NCBI GenBank assembly: GCA_043228905.1
Contig: JBHGNT010000009.1
Location: 2,604,001 to 2,668,000 of the forward strand
Reading direction: 5' to 3'
DNA length: 64,000 bases
Source: Azolla caroliniana
Lineage: Eukaryota > Plantae > Polypodiophyta
Below the pieces are notes generated by a model, which was not told where the DNA came from, searched no databases, and saw only the letters and a list, made by a program, of their open reading frames with translations. The position numbers and the translations under genes are program-made. This document shows positions 12,601-41,631 of this stretch, in pieces (the stretch's first letter is position 1; every line of letters starts with the position of its first letter).

Positions 12601-15600
12601 TTGTCCCCATCCAAACATAAACAAAGTGGAAAAGAATAGAGTGATCCGAACTTATATTATCAACTTGAGAAACTAAATAACATGGAACATGCCCAAACAT
12701 TTCTTGATAGGAAGATGGTCCACTATAAGACACACCTTTTACACATACAAGAGGATGGATATATGCACATACATATATCCCATTCGTTGCACAGTGCAAT
12801 AGGGAAGTTTGAACCTTTTCACATCAGTTAGAGATTGAGGTAGGCAGATATGCATGCACACCTCTAAAAGCAAGAATTTGCCAATTGTAAATCAGGATTG
12901 GAGTCTGAAGAACACTATGGTTGTCATTGTACTATTTTTTATGAAACAAGGGGGGATGCCATTGCCTCTTTACCCAAGGCTTTGGCCCACTATGCAAGGT
13001 AAATGGAATGTGAAGACTACCAGTGCTTGGGGCTGTTCTTGCTAGAGCTCAAGAGATATATGGAGAAGTTGTTGACAGACAACAACACAACCACCCAAGC
13101 TCATCAATAATACAACCACTCTTGCACGTAAGGCCCAGCCCCTATGCAAGGTAATGGAATGTGAGGACTACCAGTGCTTGGGGCTGTTCTTGCTAGAGCT
13201 CAAGAGATATAGGGAGAAGTTGTTGACAGACAACAATACAACCACTCTTGCATGTATGCCCCAGCCTTATGGACCATGATCTTGCCACCCTTCTCAAATA
13301 AAGGTGCGCCATATGATTAAACTAGTCACGAGATGTTGCCCGCACTTCCACTCGCAAAGAATTAGTATTTTCCCTTTATGATGATGGATACTACACAATA
13401 AATATTGAATTATTAACAACCTTGTGATATCATAGGAAGCAAATACAAACATGTCAATCAACACAACAGGAAACAAAGATAGAGAGGAGGCACTCGCTTT
13501 TGTTGCTAATCTTTCTATCAATAACAAAATTTCACATGGAACAATCATTAAAAAGCTCTCACAATGACTTTTGTAATGAGATACAACGCGCTCAAATGGG
13601 TGATACGTGTATAGAACAAGAAAAACAAGTAAGCCATTCTTGCTGTGCAAGGGTGTCGCTGCAATGGCCTCATTGACACTACAAGTACTAGGCATCCTAG
13701 GTGCGAAGGAAAATCTACATCAGTGACATTCCAAGGGTAGAGATAAGTATTTTGAAACTTATATGATGGAGTTACAATGCAATCAGTTCATGACTATGAC
13801 GTGGGTGATGGAAAAAAGCAAAAATGTATTGATAACGGTAATGAGATGAATAAGACACAAACACTAACGTATTTAGAGGCCATGCATATTATGTCAATAA
13901 ATGAGGATGTAACACAATGGGAGCATCTAGAATGTATTGAAAATGCATTAGTATTGGAATATATTGAAGAGGATATTTTGGAAGTTAAAGTTAAGACCAA
14001 AGAGTTATTGCAATCATTCTCAATGTTTTATGATAGAGCAGTAATGCTGTTTTTTATGGGAAAAATATCAGCTTTTGCTTTCGATCAGACAATGGTTGCA
14101 CCCAGTATTATAAAAAGATTGTGAAGAAGGCCTAAATGTTGGTTCTCGTGGTTTTTTTGAGGTTTTATTAAAATCTCCAGTGCATCAAGCATTATTTTTT
14201 AAAAGATAGCAAAATGTTCAAATTTGATCATGTGACCGCTATTACAGTCCACGATGGCCAAATTTAGTAAAGTTTCGCTTTTTCCACGCCCAAATGCTTG
14301 ACATTTCTTGCTTGTATTGACACATACATATTTCTCTGAAAATTTTGACTATGGAATAACCAAAACGTTACCCAACTTGGCCACTGAGGACTGTATTAGT
14401 GGCCACATGACCAAATGTGAACAACTCAATCTCCACCCATGTAGGGCATTCTTGAAACTCGACTAATGGCGTCCATGGCACTATATACGCTACACTCCTT
14501 TCATAAAATATTATAATCTTTTCGATCATTTTTTTGATGCTCTTTAGAGATTAAAAAAACCTTAAAAAAAACATGACGACCACTATAAACGATTTCTACG
14601 CAATCTTCTAGTAACATTGGGTGCAACCATTGCCTGAATCAAGGCAAAAGGTGGTATTGCTCTGTGCCTTTTGCCATCACCCATGTCACAATCATCAATC
14701 CATTGCATTTCTAACTCCCTCATATAAGAATTTCCCTGTATGTTGTATGTGAGAAAACCAGAAGTTTCAAAATACTTATCTCTGCCCCTAGGTTGCCTTG
14801 CCCTTGAGTGTTGCTGACACCCTTGCAATCATGTCCTTGCGCAACAAAAACAATTTCCTTTTTCTATTGTTATCTACATCGACTATCAATTTCAATGTGT
14901 TCTATCTAATTGCAAAGCTCTTTCCTGAGCTTTCCAAACCTATTTTCGTGCGAGATTTAGTTACTGATAGAGAGAGCTACAACAAAAATGAGCTTTACAT
15001 CTTTATCCTATTGGAGATAAAGCCTAATAGTATAACACATAAAAGAAGTCTATACTTTGTGTTTAGAAAATATGATGAGGAATCCAACATGTGTCATCAT
15101 CTATATTGCTGGATGTAATTCCCTAGAAGTTAAAAAATTTTGAACCCTAATAAATTAACTTGGGCAAACATTTGAAAACCCATCAAATTCAGACTTCCTG
15201 CTATTGAATAACCACCACAAACATGGAAAAGGGCTCAGATGAGTAAGGAAATTATCATCATAATAAGCTTGGAGGTGGCTACTACAAATGCAATGTTGTA
15301 ACTCAATTCCTCAAAAAATGATTACAAGGATTGGTCAGTAAACAACAAATGGCAGCCAGATCCTTCAAGAAATTTCAAAACATAAGCTCACATCATAGCC
15401 CCATTATAGCTATTACTTGTGTAGGATACATAATGGATGAACTCAAGTCTCCATAGCTTTACAACAAGGATCAATACCAAGTTATAACCCTCTTGAACAA
15501 CGTTAAACATTAGTGTCCCAACTTAACAGAAGTACAAAATACCCACAGTCGCCAGCACCCAGTTATTAAGAAGGCCATTAAGAGTGTTTCTTGACTCAGA

Positions 15601-16194
15601 ACTAAGAACACATCCAATATAACCTATAGGTTAATTGGGCGAAATGTATTCGAATGAAACAAGCTCCTCACTTAATTAAGATAGAGAGGCTTGTACTAAA
15701 TTATCCCAAGTATGATATTCCTTAAATTTTGAATTATAAGTTAGAAAGCTCAAGCTCTATAGAGAATTTATGCATAAAAATCATGAAGCAAAGGGTAAGC
15801 TTCATAACTGATCTTTATGTATGTGCGTATGTATGTGTATGTAGTGTACGTAAATAGATATGTATGGGGGACGACTTACTGCAATGATTGGTTGAGTCTC
15901 AGTGATACGAAACAGCGACTTGAGCCAGAATAGTAGGGCAGAGGGGCTAGGTTTCTTGCCGCTGTAGCAAAGAGGAGAAACATCAAGCAAATACAAGTTT
16001 CTGCAGGCAGATGAGTGAGGCGATGATAGTTCTGCTTCATCCTTCTGGATACTGGCACGAAGGGAGAGGTTCTTCTTGGTCCTGCTCTGTGCGGATCCAA
16101 GGCGAGGAGGCGATGGTGAGTCAGGTGCAGGGACAGGGAGGGAGAAGGAAGGAAGGGCTAGTAGAGCTTGAGATGGTGACAGCAGCGCCACCAT
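6654..16194 (-). CDS. OEX2: organellar PolI-type 5'-3' exonuclease / flap endonuclease (OEX2-like), about 380 aa
   Basis: complement(join 16194..15880, 9909..9727, 9643..9409, 8947..8725, 6840..6654). Motifs LLDVSPL, AVMDG, RR..LPTYKGNR, EADDVVASL, SPDKDFKQL, GDKVDNIPG and H3TH GFGRKTALKLL. Ser/Pro-rich N-terminus resembles a plastid transit peptide. Exact end of the last exon is less certain. Confidence 0.85.
6920..8460 (-). other. probable extent of mitochondrial DNA insertion in OEX2 intron 4
   Basis: atp6 plus CpG-retaining flanks of higher GC, (AAGC)n motif near 8058-8075, and a stem-loop just downstream of atp6 (7045-7072). Boundaries approximate. Confidence 0.55.
7085..7814 (-). pseudogene. 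atp6: nuclear copy of mitochondrial ATP synthase subunit 6 (NUMT), unedited and decayed
   Basis: Translates as MAYNLPE*PAI..IHIGNLYLLFINSS..LVTLNG..NE*ISG..NL*GMVLYNFTVISH..ELILYRFRALSLGICLFAVMMAGYSSVKILSGF..TGLESGVVIL*AYV..LNDATNL, collinear with plant Atp6 from start to end. Frameshifts near 7780 and 7375, and the WQSLVE segment is deleted. Confidence 0.93.
10073..11320 (-). mobile_element. 5'-truncated L1-like LINE, with its 3' end duplicated at about 9965-10060
   Basis: zf-RVT-like GMCYICSIVEDHSCH..VARSIW in ORF 10362-10763. The terminal 90-110 bp occurs twice in tandem, each copy adjoining a TC/TA microsatellite. Confidence 0.7.
11340..13400 (+). mobile_element. degenerate RTE/RTEX-like LINE, family A-related
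   Basis: QGCPLSP near 11419, YADD near 11889, YLGVTF, and similarity to the copy at 29542-31172. Internal duplication of about 12980-13100 at 13135-13250. Confidence 0.75.
13620..14870. repeat. degenerate long inverted repeat (foldback)
   Basis: Exact inverted 22-mer 13739-13760/14762-14783 and 15-mer 14090-14104/14618-14632. Inner arms 14215-14275/14363-14423 are about 80% identical by eye. Confidence 0.8.
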
Positions 16195-18139
16195 CGGATG
16201 GATGGATGGATTGTATGGGACTCTCGAAGGGCTTCTTTCTATCTCTCCATGCCAAAACCTCATTATACCCGACTCGGAAGCACACATCCATCCATCCAAC
16301 CAACCAAACCGGTTCCTAAAGTGGTTTGGACAAACCGTTTAGGACATATTCGGTTTGGTTTGACTTGGGCCTTCCCAGGCCGAGCTCAAACCTGAACTGC
16401 AAAACCGTTTAACAGCTCGGATTAGGCTTGAACCGAGCCATTGCCGACCCCTAGACGGAACCCAATGCCTAAGCTTAAGGTAGTAAACAAGGTTGTTAAT
16501 TCAAGCCTTCCGCAATGTACTCAATGTTAGGTTCATAGCCATATCGTACTGTGTACATTAAAAATCATGAACTCATGGTTTGATCTTAACAATATGGCTT
16601 CATAAATCACCATCTACAATCCAAGGGTTGAAAACAAGACCGTATGCCTTAATACTTTGAGATATATTAGTTTTGCAATTCCCTTTCCTCAACCCAAGAG
16701 TTGGGAACAATACCATGGTCATGCTAATGATAGTGGCAATAACAGTGAGGTAAGAAGTGAAAATGCATATGGTAGTCCCTGTTTTCATGGTTCAAGATGG
16801 ATAAGAGTTAAATCAGATTGGCAAATTCAAAGCCCTATAGCTTTCCATACCATCACATGAGATGGGTATAGTATGGGCAAATGCACCCCCAATAATATTC
16901 AATTTGATATCATCAATGTTTTAACATGCCAAGATCTTCCAATAAAGGTCATGTGACATTGTATCCTCTTTATTTTATTCATTTAGTAATAACACTCATG
17001 ACGAAAAATAAGTGTCTGAAGTCATTGGCCTCACGTTCATCCTACCTCAAAACATGTACCAATAATTAACGTTAATAATTAAGAATGAAGGATTAATCAT
17101 CCTGATATAGTGTCTTTCAGATTTATGACATTATGTGTACAAATACTGACAAATAATATATTCAGGATATGGTATACATAGAAACAACCATAAAAAATAA
17201 AGATGCTAGTGAAAAGGGTGTTTTTGATAGCCAAGGGGATCAAGCTGGATGACCTTCACCTCCAATAAGCAAGCATACAAACTCACATATGCAAGTAGCA
17301 ACAACCATCTTTGCTATATTTTGACATTCCAACAACACTCACAACTAAGAGGAGGCGACAATTAAATGATTATTGCCATTTAATTTCCGTAGTGTTCTTT
17401 CATCTATGTAAGACATAAGCTCAACTGCATAGAAAGAGAACACAATAAATAAGAATGCCAACACAACGAATGCATCCATCAAAAATCAAAACTTAGTTTT
17501 CCCTTGACGTATCATATCCACGTACAAAAGAGTTCAGACGTCATATAATTCTGATCTGATATATGGAATACCAATAGATCAACAATCATTCCAAAACAAG
17601 ATTTGTATTACCTCACAAATACAAAAAGGAGTAACATAAAAATTGAAGTTTATTAGTAATCCACTCAATGATGTTGAAATTTATCACCATCAGATGTGGT
17701 AAATTAGTATAAGCTCCTTGCATTAGGAAAAAAGTGCAGGAGTTAAAGAAATTTGTAGGACTCCGACTCCAGGTTGTCCAATGATAGGTCTTCAATAACT
17801 CATTGGAAATTCTACACGTGTTGATACTAAAACAAAATCACTAACTGAGCCATATAGATAACAAGGCCCCTAGCTGGCAATGAATTTAGAAAGTAATGAA
17901 AACGCCAAAAATTAATGAATGTTCTCCAGTTGAATCTGCTTTAAAAATGATCGATTAGCATTACCCCTTTCTCTCTCTTTTGCTCTCTCAATTCTCTCTT
18001 AGAATGGAAAACAAATTCCTACCCTCAGTTCATGCTCTAGTATAAAGGTATAGTATGCTCTAATTTGGGAAGTCAAAAAAATCTCCCAATTTGTTCTTGC
18101 TTGATCCACCTTGTAGAATGGTGAACCCCGTCATACCAA

Positions 18140-18248
18140 TAACTGAATATCTAATATTTGATATCATCATCAACGCTGAATATCTGATATTTGATATCAT
18201 CATCAACACTGAATATCTGATATTTGATATCATCAACAACACTGAATA
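18140..18248. repeat. 33-bp tandem repeat, about 3.3 copies
   Basis: Unit aacactgaatatctgatatttgatatcatcatc. Confidence 0.9.
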
Positions 18249-18911
18249 AGTGGCAACTAATACTTACTGACTTCTATCATCATCAATGCTAGATGGCAGC
18301 AGCTTATCTTTGTCTTCTATCATTGCTTTGGCCATCACTATGTTCGCTCATCTTATCACATTCTTGCATCTTGCTAAGAAATTCACCTGGAGAAAAGACA
18401 ACCAGAGATCTTGGTGATAAATTTTTCTCATGAAAAAATCTCATCAGAGTGTAATATAACTACAAGAGTCATAAAAGCAATTGGAATTACAGAATTTTGA
18501 CTTAACACAGCAGAGTTTATGGTGACCTGACGATGGCTAGTGCATCCCCCCCCCCTAAATGGATGCAGCAGCTAGATAATTATAACACTATAATAATTTA
18601 TGACTAAATTATATACTCCAGATTCTGATCTTTCCTACAACATTTCTTCACTCGCATATGGTCATTAGAAAGGAATTTCAATTTCATCACTATACACTTT
18701 TAGTTACTGCGACCATTCTCTAGGATAAACAAGATATTCACCTTCCATGTCGAGTTCGAATCTGTACATCCCTTTTGGAAACAATTATTGGATTTTCTAA
18801 GAACAGAATGCTGGGTAAAGCCCAATGACAGCTGCCACGAAGATTTGGGTCCACAAAATTTCTTCAGACTCAACAACAAGCCCACTTGATGAAGAATACC
18901 ACATTTCAGCT

Positions 18912-36361
<17,450 letters not shown>

Positions 36362-36379
36362 AGTTTTCTTCACTTGCTT

Positions 36380-37157
36380 CTGTTAGCATGATATGAATGT
36401 AATAACATTGTTTCCATACATCATTAGAGAGGAATGTACATTTACATGCATTTTCATTACACATAAAATTTGAAGGAAGTCAAGAATAAAAAACTAAAAT
36501 AATGTTGTGGCATTTTCATCATCAATTAAAAGGGAAAATTTGACAGATAGAAAAAAAATAGCAGTATGTAGATAATTGCATAACATTTTTATCATTGAGC
36601 CGAAGGCAATATATTGAAAAAAAAAGAAAGGGGTAGGGGGCAGGGGAACTAAACTACGTAGATATTACATGACATTTTCATCATTGTAGATATTATATGA
36701 AATTTTCAACATCAGGCATAGTGAGAGAAGAGAAATAAAGAAAATTTAAATGAATACGGATAACATAAGTCATTTCCAACATCAGCAGAAGTGGAAAAAT
36801 TTTTAAAAATAATAATAAACTAAATAAATGTAGGTAATATATGCCACTTTTATCATCGATAAAAAGAAATAAATAAATAAACACTTAAAACATTACATGC
36901 AATTTTCACCATAAATGCTGAAAGAAGGAACAAACAAAATAAATAAATTGGATGCAGATATCACATGGCATTTGTATTTTTGGACCAAGAAAAGGATATA
37001 CTTCAGAAGATGGAAGGAAAACAAATCAAAACGCAAATGGATGTAAATATGTACACATCAAGCTCAAAATTGAAGGAAAAGGGGGGAGAAGATAACCTAA
37101 AAAAGCACATGAACGTAGAAAAAACTTCCATTTTTTAGATAGAATAGAAAGACTCAC
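36380..37157 (-). other. probable 5'-UTR intron of XRN
   Basis: Minus-strand donor GTGAGT at 37157 and acceptor taacAG ending at 36380, 18 nt before the ATG. Non-coding leader exon at about 37158-37240. Confidence 0.6.
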
Positions 37158-37343
37158 CCCCCACCATCCACAAACGGAGCTCTGCAGTAGAGTGCCGAGA
37201 AGAAGAAAGCCGTAGAGCGAAACCAAACTCACACGATACCCCTCGCTTTCCGTTTATTTCCTTCAGATACCCTCATCTTTTCAATTTCCCCAAATACCTC
37301 TCCTTAATCTCCCACCCAAAAAAAACGAAGTATAATAAAAGAA

Positions 37344-37666
37344 GGGAAAAGTACCAGGATACCCCTGGAAGTTCGTCTATTTACCATAATGCCCCTGGAA
37401 GTTCCAAATTTACCAAACTACCCCTATGTCCAAAAAATTACACTTTATAAAGTAATTATACACTCAAATCTACAAGCCCTTTTGGTAAATAGGGCTACTT
37501 TGGGTCCATTTCTTCCATCTTTGGTAAATAGGGCTTGTAGATTTGAGTGTATAATTACTTTATAAAGTGTAATTTTTTGGACATAGGGGTAGTTTGGTAA
37601 ATTTGGAACTTCCAAGGGCATTCTGGTAAATAGACGAACTTCCAAGGGTATCCTGGTACTTTTCCC
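37344..37666. mobile_element. Mutator-like MITE, 323 bp
   Basis: 137-bp TIRs (37344-37480 / 37530-37666, 3 mismatches) starting GGGAAAA. Perfect 9-bp TSD ATAAAAGAA at 37335-37343 and 37667-37675. Confidence 0.93.
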
Positions 37667-38045
37667 ATAAAAGAAGGACACAACTCCTTAATCTCTTTCT
37701 TCACATACCCTCATCTTTTCTCTATTTCTCCAAATACCCTTCTTTAATCTCTCACTCACAAAAATATATAAGAAATACCCCTCCTTAATCTCCCACCCAA
37801 AGAAAACGTAACCAAGAGAACTTTATAACTAAAGATGCCCAATGGTGGGCCTGCTAACCAAGCACATTTCTAGGAAATAAAACAAAACAAAGGCATCTAA
37901 TGAAATGAAGAAAATTTTGGGAGGCCCTTTAGAATTTCTTTTTCCCCCTTGATTCATGTAACATAGCTTTTTCAAGCACATAAATGCTTCGTTGTTTTAT
38001 GTCCTTCCATGAAGTTTAAAGGGCGGTATTGAATCTCCTTTGACT

Positions 38046-40420
38046 ATTTTTTTTTCCAAAAAGAAAACTCCTTCCATTAGTTATAAAATTTTACAAATGA
38101 GGATGTTATATACAAATCATAGTTGGGACGTGATAGTTCCATCTTATATGGAGGCCCATTGACTCAAGAAATGGAGATGATGACATTGTTGGATGAAGGC
38201 TAATCACCGTCTTTCGACTCCATCGGATCCGTATTGGCTCTTTAGAGTGGCTACAACTTCATTCCATATCTCTTGCAATAACACTGCTTGATGCACGGTT
38301 TGATTGGAAAAGACCTGTCTACACTGTTGTTTCCAGAGAATCCAAAGAGCTATTGGGGTGACCAATTCCAGCACAACTTGAGTTTTGGCATTAATAGGAG
38401 TTGAGTGGATATTGTCGATGGTGGAAAACAAAATCCCTCGTGCCTTTATCACCAGTGTCATTCCCTCATGCTAATGTTCGTACTTGTCAATTGGGCCTAC
38501 CACGATAACCAACACACATTCCCCCACACATTCCCCCACTTGATTGTGCCTTGCTCTTGGCATAATTGCATAGGTGGCCAACCCCCCGCCATCTTCGATG
38601 GGTTTCTTGGCAGTCCCACAAAGCATGTCTTATTGACTCTACAAACATTTGGGCACGCTACACAATTAGGAAGCAAAGGATCCCACGCTACCGCGCTCCA
38701 ACTGGTAGTGACCTATGTACTACTAGCCATTGGAATGTTTTAATTCGCCTAGTGTGGTGTTGTTTCCATATTTTTCGCCAAAACTTGGTAATAATTGCAT
38801 GGGGAACATGATATGTATGCCAAATCTTTGCAGCAGCCGGCTATCAAGCGGTTTGAGCGGTTAGAATGTGGCGCCCCAATCTAGTCGTGAATTGGAAGAA
38901 AGGGATGGCTTTGCTTCTTGGACCCGCATAAGGATCCCGCCACGTCCATTGCAAACAGTCCCACGTAGCCATGTGTTTTCATGAATAGATATGTGCCATT
39001 ATGGTTTTACTTTGATCGGATTGGGGTCTACAACATGTATATGCGAGTACTCGAATTGCCATGTTCAATGTTGGTACCTCATTTGTCTCGCAATTCATGG
39101 CCTTCGATCATTTCCGGTCTTTCCCTACCTCTTGGGATCAAGGAGCCCTCCTCCTCGTAGCCTATCCACTTCTCCATTGTCGTCCTTTGATTAGCTACTT
39201 CCCAAGCAATTGAGTGTTCATAATTTCATATTTCATAGTCTATCTGCCCTTGATTCCATAGAGTATGTTGGCTTGATCTTGTAGTGGCAATGACATAAAC
39301 CATCTCCAACATTCTATACTCTTTCCCAGACCTTCTGCAATGCTTCCCCGAGATAGCCCCTTACTTGATCTAATTAGTTGATCGGATTCATCAATGATAC
39401 GTGGGTTCCACAAGATACATTGATTGAGCCAGACAAGTTCGGAGTTAGGCTTATCACGCTTGAGTCCTCATCTTATGTTACACCATGCCTTCCACATGGA
39501 TACATTGAATTTATCCTCCAAATTGGCGTGAGAAGCTTGGTTTGAGATCCATGTTTAGAATCCATCTCGTCACATGGGCCCAATTGGCCCCTTTCCGTGA
39601 TGTAAAGTTACAAGCAAAGCGTGTTCGCAGTAGTATTTTCCGGCATTCATCCCATGGTTGGAGTCCTCATACCACAAATCTAGCGAGTAATGATTTGGAC
39701 TGTGATAGGGGATCAATTAGACCCAATCCTCCTCTCAACTTGGGGGATGAGAGCATAGGCCACACCACCTTGGCTTGAGCTGCATGATCTTCCTTACCAA
39801 ACCAAATGTAGTTGCGTACCAGTTATTGAATATGATGTATACTTTCCTTGGAGATTGTCCAGCATGATAGGATGTACCACGCCATTGTGAGTAATACCTT
39901 ATTTGCCATTATGATGTGACCTACTAGTGAGAGTTTTTTCGAGCTCCAATGTATCAACTTTTGTCAAATGGAGTGAATAATTGGTGCAACCATCGTCTCC
40001 GAATAAATGTGGAACCCAAATATTTAGTGCTCTCTCCTTTATTGATCCACATGAAATTGGGATGTGGGTGCCAAGCATGATGTGATTCATTAGAAAGCCA
40101 TATTGCACAAGATTTATACCAATTGATCATGGCATCTGCAAATTCTATATCCAAAAGGCATTGGTGAGAGTGCGGCACAGGAAGACCACATACATTTAGA
40201 TGTCACAATTTGAGAAAGCTAGAGAATGCTTCAACATATAAGAGAAATAGGGATGGAGCCATGGGACATCCTTATCGCACAGATTGTGATATTTGGAAAA
40301 AGGGCCCCCTTTCACCTGCTAGTGATACGCCACTGCCAGCATTCCTATAGAGGGTTGCAGTGCATTCGATCCATGACTCTTGGAAGCCTAGTTTCCCCAT
40401 CACGTTGTCGTGAAGATTTT
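38046..40420 (-). mobile_element. decayed L1-like LINE, 5'-truncated
   Basis: QSVR*GCPMAP near 40260-40290, EFADA, KYLG, C-terminal ALWILWKQQC..VF, and poly(A) at about 38047-38055. Confidence 0.8.
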
Positions 40421-41631
40421 CGGCAACGGTGTGAAAATCACGTGGAAAGGAGAAAACCGAGAAGGTATAATGTGCATAGGCATGAAAGGGATGATGGTTA
40501 CACTCGTATATTAGCACGTTAATGTGCACATGGGTTTTGAACCTTACACCTCCAACATAAAAGACAATTAACATACCATTAAACTAAGTTGTTTCTTTAA
40601 GGTTTATTGTTTATCATTGTACTTTTGACACGTAAATTCTCATACATGAGAGCTTGAATGAGTGACATGGTTATCATGCATCACATCCGATGCATGAGCA
40701 CCAAATGGCAATCATGCATCGCATGCATTTCATGCATTGTATGCATGGCTTACACCTTGACATGCATCATATGCATGGGGGCACCTATAAAAGGAAGAAA
40801 GGAAGAGAAAGGAGGGGGAATCAAGCTATGTATTGAATCAAGTTCTTAATAAGAAAAAACCTAGTGTATTGGTGATGTGTCTTGTTTCTTGAAATTGAAG
40901 TCAAGAGTTCAAACTCGGAATTGGAATTTCCATCTATCCATCTATCTATCTTAAACACTTCCTCAATTCTCGTCTCTCTCTCTCACTCACTCATTCTCAG
41001 CCACATTAGTGCATCACTTTGGCTACTACAATTTCATTTCTTGTGGTCATTCACTCTCTCTTAGAAATTCTCGTCAAGAAGGAACCAGCGTTGTAAAGTT
41101 GCCAAAATGAGCTCGGGTATTGATATAGTTTCCAACTTCGGCGTAAGGATAGTTTATTATGAAAGATGATGTGCTATGAGTCACAAATTCTAGACGTCCA
41201 TCCCATGCATTAGTCTAAGGTTTAGGGATTTGGGAAATTTAACCATGGATCCAAGTTACACACACAACCTAATATATGACCTACACATCAATCATTAATG
41301 GCTCAAGGTTAATTGTGTTTACTTCAGCCATGGATTAATAACAGATGAACGACAATCTAACATGCAATGTTCATCATGCTAAGAATCTATGAATTCTAAG
41401 GAGTAAGTTAACTAGGGTACAATGTGGCTCTCATCTCCTTAGGTCCTCCATACCTCACAAAATCAAATTATCCTCAATTTACATGGAGATTGTACAAATG
41501 AACACTAACAACATTACCTATTCTACTTATCTCTTGGGATAATTGAAATACTACATTTAATCATTACTAATATTTATTTCTCCACAAATTTTGGTGGTCA
41601 AATTACATCTCATTTTGGATCATGCTTGTTT

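Noticed and set aside
16310-16453. hAT-like terminus (reverse TAGGGGTCGGCAAT with aaaccg subterminal motifs) upstream of OEX2
   Set aside because: Only one end is visible, with no partner TIR or 8-bp TSD.
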